Positions 20,701-29,409 of a stretch of DNA of 64,000 bases are shown one piece after another. A program made the translations under genes and the position numbers. The stretch comes from an uncultured Chitinophagaceae bacterium. Lineage in GTDB: Bacteria > Bacteroidota > Bacteroidia > Chitinophagales > CAIOSU01. The notes below the pieces were generated by a model. It made no database searches and was not told where the DNA came from. It saw nothing but the letters and a program-made list of their open reading frames with translations. The first letter of the stretch is position 1. Each line of letters begins with the position of its first letter. The DNA lies in the NCBI GenBank assembly GCA_964518215.1, contig CAZFFP010000009.1, positions 138 to 64,137 on the forward strand. Direction: 5' to 3'.

Positions 20701-22306
20701 GTTGCCGGGTTTCAAAGTGGATGAATGGATTGGAAGAGTGCGCCACTCTACTCCGGGCGTGGGTTTAATTTCACCGCCACCGCATCACGATATTTATTCC
20801 ATTGAAGATTTGGCACAGTTGATTTTCGATTTGAAAAATGCCAACCGCTCAGCCAACATCAGTGTGAAATTGGTTTCAAAATCGGGCGTGGGCACTATTG
20901 CTGCCGGAGTTGCCAAAGCCAAAGCCGATGCTATTTTGATTTCGGGCTACGATGGAGGCACGGGTGCATCGCCCATCAGTTCTATTCGTCATGCGGGCTT
21001 GCCCTGGGAATTAGGCTTGGCGGAAACGCATCAGACTTTGGTGAGAAACCGTTTGCGCGGCAGAGTGATTTTACAAGCCGATGGACAAATGAAAAGCGGG
21101 CGCGATATTGCCATTGCAACTTTGTTAGGCGCGGAAGAATGGGGCGTTGCCACCGCTGCGCTGGTTGCCGAAGGTTGCATCATGATGCGCAAATGTCATT
21201 TGAATACCTGCCCTGTGGGCGTTGCCACACAAGACCCTGAACTGAGAAAAATGTTTACCGGTCAGCCCGAGCATATCATCAACCTTTTCAAATTCATTAC
21301 TCAGGAACTGCGCGAAATCATGGCTGAGTTAGGTTTCCGAACAGTGAATGAAATGATAGGGCAGTCGGATTGTTTAACCATGCGCGATAATATTACGCAT
21401 CGCAAACAAAAAAAAGTGAACCTTTCCGCTATTTTATACAAATCGCCCGACTCAGAAAATACGCCTTTGTATAAACAGGAAACTCAAGACCACGGCTTAA
21501 CGGGCGCGTTGGATTTTTCTTTATTGAAAATCGCGGAGCCTGCTTTATCCGAAGGCAAAAAATTAAATGCCGAATTTTCCATCAAAAATACTGACCGTGC
21601 CGTAGGCGCAATTCTTTCCAACGAAATCACCAAAAAATATCGCAAAGCAGGGTTGCCCGATGATACCATTCATCTGAAATTTACCGGCTCTGCCGGACAA
21701 AGTTTCGGGGTGTTTGCCGCTAATGGTTTAACGCTCGAAATAGAAGGCGATGCCAACGATTATTTCGGCAAAGGTTTGTCGGGCGCTAAACTCATTATTT
21801 ACCCCGACAGGAAAGCGGGTTTTGTGCCGGAGCAAAACATCATCATTGGTAATGTGTCGTTTTACGGAGCCACTTCGGGCGAGGCATACATCAGAGGTAA
21901 AGCGGGCGAAAGATTCTGTGTGCGCAATTCAGGCGCGGTAACCGTAGTGGAAGGCGTGGGCGACCACGGCTGCGAATACATGACCGGTGGCACGGCTCTT
22001 ATTTTGGGCGAAACGGGCAAAAACTTCGCGGCAGGTATGAGCGGTGGTTTTGCTTTTATTTACGACAGCAAGCAGACTTTCAAAAAAATGTGCAACACCG
22101 AAATGGTTTGGCTCGAAAGCCCCGATGAAGATGATATGTTGTTGATGAAAAGGCTTTTGCAAAATCATTTCAACTATACCGGCAGTTCGGTAGCCAATCT
22201 CATTCTGAAAGATTTCGATGAACAAATGAAACACTTCATCAAAGTTTTTCCGAAAGATTACAAAGCCGTGTTGAGTGTGAAGAAAGAAAAAGCGAAAGTT
22301 GTTTAG
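17777..22306 (+). CDS. gltB: glutamate synthase large subunit
   Basis: 1509 aa. Has an N-terminal Ntn amidotransferase (..KDSCGIGFIA..), a central FMN/Fe-S domain (..GEGGE.., ..LISPPPHHDIYSIEDLAQLI..) and a C-terminal GXGXG domain. Confidence 0.95.
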   Translation: MTESTTQPTQGLYNEAFEKDSCGIGFIANLKGKKTHSSISDALTILENMEHRGACGCEENTGDGAGILIQIPHEFLFQECSKLGFILPASGKYGVGVVFFSKDKNIQEQSREILLRAAEKLGLDILGFRKVPVNTSGIGETALSVEPDMEQVFVACPDNITEQDDFERKLYVLRNFATHTVYSTVKKDSVGFYIASLSSKTIVYKGQLTSHQVRTYFKDLNDKRVVSAFGLIHSRFATNTFPSWRLAQPFRFIAHNGEINTIQGNINWLKTSEYSFVTPYFTKEELDLLLPVIPGAQSDSASLDNMIELLTFCGRSLPHVMMMLIPEAWDNDDMMDAERKAFYEFHASFMEPWDGPASISFTDGKIIGATLDRNGLRPSRYCITNDHRVIMASESGVLPVPAEIVIEKGRLQPGKMFIVDIEEGRVVSDDELKKKICSQKPYGEWLSQHKITLEDLPAPRVMFTHLEPEQVLKYQKVFGYTTEDLETIIAPMALDSKEPIGSMGTDAPLAVLSNKPQHLCNYFKQLFAQVTNPPIDPIRERNVMSLSSFVGNHGNILTEDSINCHTVVLPAPVINHFDLERIRSIDTGLFQSKTLQSYFKADGKPGSLKKGLDRLCRYAVDAVEDGFEVLIISDRAIDSEHAPIPSLLATSAVHHHLIRKGYRGKVGLIIEAGDVWEVHHFACLIAFGATAVNPYLALSTVRIMKETGALQSEMAVQQLRLNYIEAVNTGLLKVLSKMGISTIQSYQGAQIFEIIGLSSQVVERYFTGATSRIEGLDLDDIAEEVLTHHRFAFSKKELPGSRLNAGGVYKWNRKGEFHLFNPQTIHLLQHSVRTDDYSVFKKYSNLINHQEEKACTLRSLFDFKKNRKSIPLEEVESAENIYKRFATGAMSFGSISWEAHTTLAVAMNRIGGKSNTGEGGEDEARYEPMPNGDSMRSSIKQIASGRFGVTSLYLSEADELQIKMSQGAKPGEGGQLPGFKVDEWIGRVRHSTPGVGLISPPPHHDIYSIEDLAQLIFDLKNANRSANISVKLVSKSGVGTIAAGVAKAKADAILISGYDGGTGASPISSIRHAGLPWELGLAETHQTLVRNRLRGRVILQADGQMKSGRDIAIATLLGAEEWGVATAALVAEGCIMMRKCHLNTCPVGVATQDPELRKMFTGQPEHIINLFKFITQELREIMAELGFRTVNEMIGQSDCLTMRDNITHRKQKKVNLSAILYKSPDSENTPLYKQETQDHGLTGALDFSLLKIAEPALSEGKKLNAEFSIKNTDRAVGAILSNEITKKYRKAGLPDDTIHLKFTGSAGQSFGVFAANGLTLEIEGDANDYFGKGLSGAKLIIYPDRKAGFVPEQNIIIGNVSFYGATSGEAYIRGKAGERFCVRNSGAVTVVEGVGDHGCEYMTGGTALILGETGKNFAAGMSGGFAFIYDSKQTFKKMCNTEMVWLESPDEDDMLLMKRLLQNHFNYTGSSVANLILKDFDEQMKHFIKVFPKDYKAVLSVKKEKAKVV

Positions 22307-22392
22307 GCGATTTTCGACTTTGCGATATTCGATTTTCGACAGGGAGTTGAAGTTGGAAAGTTATATGGTTATAAAGTTGAAAAGATAGATAT
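22307..22392. repeat. post-stop intergenic repeat module (family R1), copy after gltB
   Basis: GCGATTTTCGACTTTGCGATATTCG...GTTGAAGTTGGAAAGTTATATGGTTATAAAGTTGAAAAGATAG starts at the first base after the gltB stop. It is homologous, in the same order, to 31554-31635. Confidence 0.75.
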
Positions 22393-22650
22393 TAGAAAGC
22401 AGATTTTCAGAAGTGAAATTTGAATAATAGGGAATGTGAAAAGTCCCCCTTGCGGGTAGATTTGCGGGAGAGCGATAGGGGGCAGGGGGATGATAGTTAT
22501 GAAGTAAGAATGGAAGGCTGAATTCTGAGGGCTGATTTCTGAAGCCTGAATGTATGGAAGTTTGAGTTTAGAAATAGGATGTTAGATTTTAGAAGTGAGA
22601 AGTTAGAATTTAGAAGTTTGATTGATGATTTAATTAAGAAAGTTTGGGCG

Positions 22651-22912
22651 AGTTACTCCCCTTCTCCTTGGGAGAAGGGGTTGGGGGATGAGGCTTATAT
22701 TTACAAGTTAGATTGACGATATGAAGAATCTGAGTCTTGAATCAAAAACACCCTGAATTCATACTTAGATGTTTCGCTTCATTTAACATGACAAAAAGCA
22801 ATGATTATAACTTAGTAAACATCAAAAATTGGATTGTCGAAAATCGAACAGTCGAATATCGCAAATCGTCCCTACTGCGGAGAGTAGGGATAAAAAAACG
22901 CAAATCGAAAAA
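22651..22912 (+). repeat. composite nested-palindromic element (family R2), copy 1, ending at the gltD ATG
   Basis: The blocks run in this order: a perfect 10-bp-stem hairpin CCCCTTCTCC-TTG-GGAGAAGGGG (22658-22680); GGGGGATGAGGCT; ATACTTAGAT; ATGACAAAAAGCAATGATTATAAC; GTCGAAAATCGAACAGTCGAATATCGCAAATCG; a hairpin TCCCTACT-GCGGAG-AGTAGGGA (22869-22890); CGCAAATCGAAAAA; ATG. The same block order occurs at 34488-34752. Confidence 0.75.
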
Positions 22913-24394
22913 ATGGGTAAACCAACAGGATTTAAAGAATACAACAGACAACTGCCCGGCAAAGAACCGGTTGCGGAGCGCGTGAAAAATTACAAAGAGT
23001 TTGTTAACAGATACGCTCCTGAACAATTAAATCAACAATCGGCACGCTGCATGAATTGCGGCATTCCGTTTTGTCATAACGGATGCCCGCTGGGAAATTT
23101 CATTCCAGAATTTAACGATGCCGTGTATAAGGAGCGTTGGGAAGATGCTTACCATATTCTCGCAAGCACCAATAATTTTCCTGAGTTCACCGGACGAATT
23201 TGCCCTGCCCCTTGTGAAGAAGCCTGCGTTTTGGGCATCAATAAGCCCGCAGTTGCCATTGAAGAAATAGAAAAGCACATCATAGAAATCGCTTTTGAAA
23301 AAGGTTTTGTGAAACCTTTCATTCCCCGCGTGCGCACCGGAAAAAAAGTGGCAGTGATCGGTTCCGGTCCTGCCGGATTGGCGGTTGCTGCACAACTCAA
23401 CTATGCCGGACATTCGGTTGCCGTTTTCGAGCGCGATGATAAACCGGGCGGCTTGTTGCGCTATGGCATTCCCGATTTTAAATTAGAAAAATGGGTGGTA
23501 GAGCGAAGAATAAATTTGCTCGAAGAAGAAGGCGTGGAATTTCATTGTAATGCACATGTAGGAAAAAATATCAGCATCAAAGATTTGCAGAAAGAATATG
23601 ATGCCATTGCGCTTGCCATTGGCAGCACCGTTCCCCGCGACCTCGATGTGCCGGGCAGAAACCTCAATGGCGTTCATTTCGCTATGGATTTTCTCAAGCA
23701 GCAAAACAAGCGCGTGAGCGATATTTCTTTTTCTGAAACACCCATAACCGCCACCGGAAAAAATGTAGTAGTGATTGGCGGTGGAGACACCGGTTCCGAT
23801 TGTGTAGGCACATCGAATCGTCAGGATGCGACATCGGTTACGCAGTTTGAAATACTTCCTCAGCCGCCCAAAGAGCGCAATCAACAAATGCCCTGGCCCA
23901 ATTACCCCATGTTGATGCGCACTTCCAGTTCGCACGAAGAAGGCTGTGAGCGCCATTGGGCGATTACAACAAAGGCATTTATTGGCGATGAAAAAGGAAA
24001 CCTGAAAGCGCTCAAGGTGGCTGATGTGGAATGGACAAAAAACCCGAACGGCTCGTTGAAAAATTTTACCGAAGTGCCCGGAAGTGAGCGGGAAATTCCT
24101 TGCGAACTGGCATTGTTTGCTATGGGATTTTTGCATCCTGAAAAAGAAGGAATACTCCAACAACTCGATTTGGAATTGGATGCCCGCAGCAATGTAAAAA
24201 CCGGCAATAACAACTATCAAACATCCCGCAAAAAAGTATTTGCCTGTGGCGACATGCGCAGAGGGCAGTCGCTGGTGGTATGGGCAATTTCAGAAGGCAG
24301 AGAATGCGCCCGAAATATAGATGAATACCTTACAGGCGAATCGTTGTTAGAAACCCGAGATGATATTCCGCAGCGGATTGCTGAGCTAGGATAG
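22913..24394 (+). CDS. gltD: glutamate synthase small subunit (NADPH)
   Basis: The ATG at 22913 gives MGKPTGFKEY.., the canonical GltD N-terminus. It has Fe-S Cys clusters (CMNCGIPFCH.. and ICPAPCE.AC) and a GSGPAG dinucleotide fold. The longer ORF start at 22829 lies inside a repeat. Confidence 0.92.
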   Translation: MGKPTGFKEYNRQLPGKEPVAERVKNYKEFVNRYAPEQLNQQSARCMNCGIPFCHNGCPLGNFIPEFNDAVYKERWEDAYHILASTNNFPEFTGRICPAPCEEACVLGINKPAVAIEEIEKHIIEIAFEKGFVKPFIPRVRTGKKVAVIGSGPAGLAVAAQLNYAGHSVAVFERDDKPGGLLRYGIPDFKLEKWVVERRINLLEEEGVEFHCNAHVGKNISIKDLQKEYDAIALAIGSTVPRDLDVPGRNLNGVHFAMDFLKQQNKRVSDISFSETPITATGKNVVVIGGGDTGSDCVGTSNRQDATSVTQFEILPQPPKERNQQMPWPNYPMLMRTSSSHEEGCERHWAITTKAFIGDEKGNLKALKVADVEWTKNPNGSLKNFTEVPGSEREIPCELALFAMGFLHPEKEGILQQLDLELDARSNVKTGNNNYQTSRKKVFACGDMRRGQSLVVWAISEGRECARNIDEYLTGESLLETRDDIPQRIAELG

Positions 24395-24408
24395 CTTTGA
24401 GGTATTCA

Positions 24409-26526
24409 TCATGAAATCTTACTCCACTTCTTGGTTTCTTTTTTCACTTCGAGCATGTGTTGTTTGATTTTGAAATTATCGGGCTGTTGTAAATGAGGGT
24501 CTTGCTCTAAAATTTCCTGTGCTGTGATGCGGGCTTCCTGCAAAATTTTCTGGTCTTTCGATATATCTGCCAAACGAAGATTTAAAATACCGCTTTGTTG
24601 TGTGCCTTCTATATCTCCGGGTCCGCGCATTTTTAAATCCACTTCGGCAATTTCAAAACCATCGGTAGTCGCCACCAACGTTTTCATGCGCTGTTTGGCT
24701 TCTGTGCTCAATTTATTTCCGGTAACGAGCAAACAAGACGAAGCATGTTCACCTCTGCCCACACGCCCGCGCAACTGGTGCAATTGCGATAAACCGAAAC
24801 GCTCCGCGCTTTCAATCACAATCATCGAAGCGTTCGGAACATTCACGCCCACTTCAATTACCGTAGTAGCTATCATGATATGTGTTTCGCCTTTCACAAA
24901 GCGCTGCATTTCATATTCTTTCGCATCGGGTTTCATTCTGCCATGCACTGCCGACACACGATATTGGGGAAGCGGAAACGCTCTCGAAATGCTTTCATAT
25001 CCATCCATCAAATCTTTGTAGTCTAAGGTTTCAGATTCTTCAATTAATGGATACACTATATATACTTGTCTGCCTTTGGCAATTTCATCGCGCATGAGTT
25101 GAAAAATTCGCAGACGGCTCGAATCGGTGAACCAATGCGTGGTAATAGGTTTTCTTCCGGGAGGCATTTGCTTGATTACAGAAGTATCTAAGTCGCCATA
25201 AACCGTCATTGCCAAAGTGCGCGGAATGGGTGTGGCAGTCATCACCAACACATGCGGAGGGGTATTGTTTTTTTCCCACAATCGCGCACGCTGTTCTACC
25301 CCGAAACGATGTTGTTCATCTATCACTACCAATCCGAGATTTTTAAATTCTACATTTTTTTCAATCAGCGCATGTGTGCCAATGAGTATTTCTATTTCGC
25401 CTAAGAGCAATTGTTCTAAAATTATTTTTCGTTCTTTTCCTTTTACCGAACCGGTGAGTAAAGCCACTTTCAAAGGCATGTCGGCAATATAGGAGCGGAT
25501 GGTTTCAAAATGTTGTTGCGCTAAAATTTCGGTGGGCGCCATAATGCAAGCCTGCAAACCGTTATCATTTGCCATCAGCATAGATAACAAGGCAACTAAA
25601 GTTTTTCCGCTGCCTACATCACCCTGCAATAGGCGGTTCATTTGTTTGCCGCTCAACACATCTTTTCGAATATCGCGAATCACATCTTTCTGGTCTTGCG
25701 TGAGGTCGTAGCCAAGATATTGTTTAATGCAATGCTCATAGAAATACTGAAACTTGTTGTTGATATTTTGCAACACAAAACCCGAAGAAGATTCTTTTTT
25801 GGTTTGTTTTTGAAACAGCATTCGCAGCTGAATTACAAAAAACTCTTCGAACTTGATTCGGGCACGGGCTTTTTGCAAGATGTTTTCATCTTTAGGAAAA
25901 TGCGTATTGCCAATGGCTTCGTAACGATTCAGAAACCGATATTTTTCCATGATATACTTCGGAAAAATTTCGGGTATATCGGCAGGCTTCAATTCCTGAA
26001 AAAGTGTTTGCTGCAATTTCAAAAAACCTCTGCTGTCAAGCCCTTTGGCTTTGAGTTTTTCGGTGCTGGGATAAATAGGTTGTAAGCCGGAAGTTTTTTC
26101 GAAATGAGCCTGTGTGGCAATTTCGAGTTCGGGATGCACTAAGTTGATGCGGTTGTTGAAATAACTCGGCTTGCAAAACACCACATATTCCACTCCGGGC
26201 TTGATATTGTTTTTTATCCATGAAGCACCTTGAAACCACACCACTTCAATATTGCCTGTATCATCGCTCAAAATGGCAGTGAGCCGCTTGCCTCTGTTTT
26301 GCCCCACCTCATGAAAATTTCTGAAAATACCCCGCACCTGAATATAGGTTTCGTCAGATTCGATATCTGCAATTTTGTGAAACTTAGAGCGGTCTATGTA
26401 TCGAAAAGGAAAGTGCAGCAGCAAATCGCCCGTATGAAAAATCTGCAATTCTTTTTTCAACAAGTCGCCTTTCAAAGGACCCACGCCTTTGAGATATTCG
26501 ATAGGTTTTGAGAGTAAATCGCTCAA
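24409..26526 (-). CDS. recG: ATP-dependent DNA helicase RecG
   Basis: 705 aa. Has ..YLKGVGP.. at the N-terminus, Walker A GDVGSGKT, a DEQHRFGV box and ..QLRGRVGRG... Apparent TTG start. Confidence 0.92.
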   Translation of the reverse strand: MSDLLSKPIEYLKGVGPLKGDLLKKELQIFHTGDLLLHFPFRYIDRSKFHKIADIESDETYIQVRGIFRNFHEVGQNRGKRLTAILSDDTGNIEVVWFQGASWIKNNIKPGVEYVVFCKPSYFNNRINLVHPELEIATQAHFEKTSGLQPIYPSTEKLKAKGLDSRGFLKLQQTLFQELKPADIPEIFPKYIMEKYRFLNRYEAIGNTHFPKDENILQKARARIKFEEFFVIQLRMLFQKQTKKESSSGFVLQNINNKFQYFYEHCIKQYLGYDLTQDQKDVIRDIRKDVLSGKQMNRLLQGDVGSGKTLVALLSMLMANDNGLQACIMAPTEILAQQHFETIRSYIADMPLKVALLTGSVKGKERKIILEQLLLGEIEILIGTHALIEKNVEFKNLGLVVIDEQHRFGVEQRARLWEKNNTPPHVLVMTATPIPRTLAMTVYGDLDTSVIKQMPPGRKPITTHWFTDSSRLRIFQLMRDEIAKGRQVYIVYPLIEESETLDYKDLMDGYESISRAFPLPQYRVSAVHGRMKPDAKEYEMQRFVKGETHIMIATTVIEVGVNVPNASMIVIESAERFGLSQLHQLRGRVGRGEHASSCLLVTGNKLSTEAKQRMKTLVATTDGFEIAEVDLKMRGPGDIEGTQQSGILNLRLADISKDQKILQEARITAQEILEQDPHLQQPDNFKIKQHMLEVKKETKKWSKIS

Positions 26527-26590
26527 TGTGGTTCAGCAGTATTTGTTGCCGAAATTAAAACATGATTCATTGAATATTGAAGTACGCAAA

Positions 26591-27610
26591 TTAATTACAC
26601 GGAAAATTGACAAAATTCAGTTCCCGGGTAATGGAGCCACAGGAAAGCGAATCTAAAGACACAGTGGTAATTCCAAGCTCATCGCGCACTTTTATTTTGC
26701 GGCTTGAAAACACTCCTAAACCCCCTTCAATATTGGTGTATTCCGTAAGCACTTGCAGTGATGAAATACCCGATTGCGCACGGTTTACTCTGATGAAATT
26801 ATACAACTCTTCTCCTCCGGTGTAAAATTTTATTTCAAATGGTTGCGCATTGGCAAGCCTTCTGATTTCATTATTTACTTCCAGACTATTTTTTAGTGTT
26901 AAATAAAAATCCTGAGGATTAAATCGTATAGAAAGCTGTTCGCCTCCATTAGAAGTATTAGAAACAATACCGGAGGCAAGTTTCAATTCAATAAATTTAT
27001 TCGAAACGTTTGAAGGGTTACTCACGTGCCATTCTGTGTAACGAAAAACAACAGAAACATCGTTGGTTCTGCTGTTGGGTGCAGAGCGCCATTGAATATT
27101 ATATGGAGAGGTGGCATTTAAATTTATATTGAAAGAAGGCGTGGGAAAATTTATTTGAAAATCGCCCACCATTCGCGCTTCAGATGTCGCGGTTTTTCCG
27201 GTTGCCGGATTTTCAAAACCAAATCTGTAAAGCGATTGCACATCAATGGTATGATTTACCACATACAATACATTCGGGCTATTCACAAAAAGTCCCGAAT
27301 CCATTGTAATACCAATCGAATTGCCGTCAATTTTTGAAAGGTAAAATTTTTGCCCGGTGCTGACTTTTTCTAAATAAACTATAATGGAATCGGAATAATA
27401 AATGGAATCAGCATTTTGAGTGAAGTCCAAAGCATTGGTTTTTTCATCGAGATACGACCGGTAAATTTTGAAATAATGATTGGTAGAATCGGGATTAATC
27501 AGCCCGTAAATAATCGGAGTTTCTTTCCATTCTCCGGTAATATCAACATCGGTTTTGCAAGAACTGAAAATAAAAATGACGGCAGCAATAACGCTCAAAA
27601 ATTGTTTCAT
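26591..27610 (-). CDS. hypothetical lipoprotein
   Basis: 339 aa with a lipoprotein signal, MKQFLSVIAAVIFIFSSC. Family not recognised with confidence. Confidence 0.5.
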   Translation of the reverse strand: MKQFLSVIAAVIFIFSSCKTDVDITGEWKETPIIYGLINPDSTNHYFKIYRSYLDEKTNALDFTQNADSIYYSDSIIVYLEKVSTGQKFYLSKIDGNSIGITMDSGLFVNSPNVLYVVNHTIDVQSLYRFGFENPATGKTATSEARMVGDFQINFPTPSFNINLNATSPYNIQWRSAPNSRTNDVSVVFRYTEWHVSNPSNVSNKFIELKLASGIVSNTSNGGEQLSIRFNPQDFYLTLKNSLEVNNEIRRLANAQPFEIKFYTGGEELYNFIRVNRAQSGISSLQVLTEYTNIEGGLGVFSSRKIKVRDELGITTVSLDSLSCGSITRELNFVNFPCN

Positions 27611-27667
27611 GTTGTAAAGGTATTGTTCAGGCAGTTCATTTAATAGAAAGTTTCCGAAAAGATTTCC

Positions 27668-28924
27668 TCAGGCAGAAGCATCAGAATAAACCTTGTGCCT
27701 TTTGGAATAATAAAACAGATAAATCGCCCAACCTAAAAAGGCGCTACCGAAACCGAGCAACATAGGCGCATTAGGGCTTTGCTTCATTAAAAAACCACCC
27801 GCCAATGGCGGTATAGCCATTGCCAACGATTGAATAGATTGGTTGATGCCGATAACTTCGCCTTGCACATTATTGGCAGAATGGTTGGAGAGCATGGCTA
27901 ATATATTAGGATAAGTCAAGCCTTGAAAAATAGTGAGTATAGGAATGAAAAAATAGAGCCATTGATGATTTTGCGGAACAGTAAGCAACAGATAGCTCAC
28001 TGCAAAAAGTGGAATTGAAAACAACAAAACTTTTGCGGGCACTATAAAATGACTCACAATTCGAAGAAAAATGCCTTGACTCAGCGCTACACAAACTGCG
28101 AAATAGGCAATAAACAAACCCAACTGCATTTCGGCATAATCGAATTTCCTGATTAGAAACACCTGTATGAATTGCAGAAAAAATGCGAACCCGAAAGTGA
28201 TGACGAATATTGACAGGAATAATAACCGCAGTTGTCGGTGATTGTATGCTTTCTGAATATTTTGAAGTCCACTAAGAAACTGAATGCTGTGTTCATTTCG
28301 CTGTTTCAAAGTTTCGGGCAGTTTGAAAAGTATAAACAGATAGTTGAGCAAATTCATAAAAGCGACAAACAAAAATGGCGTGGTATAATTAAACCACGAC
28401 ACATATTCAGGATTGGATAACACTCCGCTGATGAGCGCCCCAACTAAAAATCCGCTTCCGAAGGCAATACCCACTAAGCCGAAATTACGCGCCTTACTTT
28501 CATGAGTGCTGACATCTGCCAAAGCCGATTGCACTACGGGCAGCGTGCTGCCCATTAATCCGGCACCAATTCTCGAAAAAAACAATAAGCCTATGCTTTT
28601 ATAATAAATACCTGCGGCAAATATCAGAAAGCTGAAAGTATTGACAATGCTTGCAAAAGTCAACACCCGCCTTCTGCCCAAGCGGTCGGAATAAGCGCCC
28701 AAAAGTGGCGCGCCTAAAAACTGTGCAATGGAAAAGCAACCCAAGAGGTAACCATACATATCGGTGCGGTCGTCCATTGGAGTGGTATGGTCGAATAAAA
28801 TGGTATTGGGACCTACAAAGAGTGGTGCAATAACGGGAAGTGCTACTCCCAATCCCATAAAATCTATGAAGATGGTAATGAAAATGAGCGGTAAAGGATT
28901 CTTCGAGGTAGAAATTGCTCGCAT
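27668..28924 (-). CDS. MFS transporter (drug/H+ antiporter-like)
   Basis: 418 aa with about 12 predicted TM helices and the MFS loop motif GAYSDRLGRRRVL. Confidence 0.75.
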   Translation of the reverse strand: MRAISTSKNPLPLIFITIFIDFMGLGVALPVIAPLFVGPNTILFDHTTPMDDRTDMYGYLLGCFSIAQFLGAPLLGAYSDRLGRRRVLTFASIVNTFSFLIFAAGIYYKSIGLLFFSRIGAGLMGSTLPVVQSALADVSTHESKARNFGLVGIAFGSGFLVGALISGVLSNPEYVSWFNYTTPFLFVAFMNLLNYLFILFKLPETLKQRNEHSIQFLSGLQNIQKAYNHRQLRLLFLSIFVITFGFAFFLQFIQVFLIRKFDYAEMQLGLFIAYFAVCVALSQGIFLRIVSHFIVPAKVLLFSIPLFAVSYLLLTVPQNHQWLYFFIPILTIFQGLTYPNILAMLSNHSANNVQGEVIGINQSIQSLAMAIPPLAGGFLMKQSPNAPMLLGFGSAFLGWAIYLFYYSKRHKVYSDASA

Positions 28925-29235
28925 CCGATAGTTTTTCCAATTTGGAAGATAGGGATATTAACGGAAATTGCAATTATATTAGTTGGTTGAGAACTATTGT
29001 GGGTAAATATTCAGATAATGATTTTCTGATGATTAAAGTCACCTTTACCTTTAACCAATGTCATGTCCTTCCTTTCAATATCAAAATATTTTTGTTGTGG
29101 AAAATTTTAAGTAAAAGTTCCCCTTGTTTTTTATCTATATGAATTACATTCACCCAAAATATTATCAAGGTAGTTGTGTATGAGTAAGTCAAGCAACAAT
29201 CGTCCCTCGCCACTCTACACCCGCCACTTAAAGCT

Positions 29236-29409
29236 ATGAGCGCACTATTCGTCCTTATTCTTATCAGCATGTTGGTAGCCGTAGGCTTTTTGGCTGCATT
29301 CATTTGGGCGGTCCGCAGCGGGCAAATGGATGATGATTACACACCTTCCGTCAGAATGCTTTTCGATTCAGAAATAAAATCAACTAAAACTAAAAAACGA
29401 ACTCAATGA
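29236..29409 (+). CDS. ccoS: cbb3-type cytochrome oxidase maturation protein CcoS/FixS (57 aa, absent from the supplied ORF track)
   Basis: ATG 29236 to TGA 29407-29409. It reads MSALFVLILISMLVAVGFLAAFIWAVRSGQMDDDYTPSVRMLFDSE.., one TM helix plus the W-x3-SGQ-x-DD signature of CcoS. The stop overlaps the ccoNO ATG (ATGA). Confidence 0.75.
   Translation: MSALFVLILISMLVAVGFLAAFIWAVRSGQMDDDYTPSVRMLFDSEIKSTKTKKRTQ

Noticed and set aside
22829-22912. N-terminal extensions offered by the ORF track: gltD from 22829, metG to 49497, pyrB from 16508, hisD from 59389, and the hypothetical gene to 11511.
   Set aside because: The extensions translate repeat or intergenic DNA, or overlap the upstream gene. 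Internal ATGs give the canonical conserved N-termini ([32 protein letters not shown], and so on).
28995-29012. A 17-mer, TTGTGGGTAAATATTCA, is shared between the region upstream of ccoS and 44051-44067 (next to the cyclase relic). It was considered as a regulator binding site, for example an FNR-type box for the cbb3 operon.
   Set aside because: A single exact 17-mer match in a 64-kb AT-biased window is within chance expectation by rough estimate. It is not palindromic and does not resemble TTGAT-N4-ATCAA.
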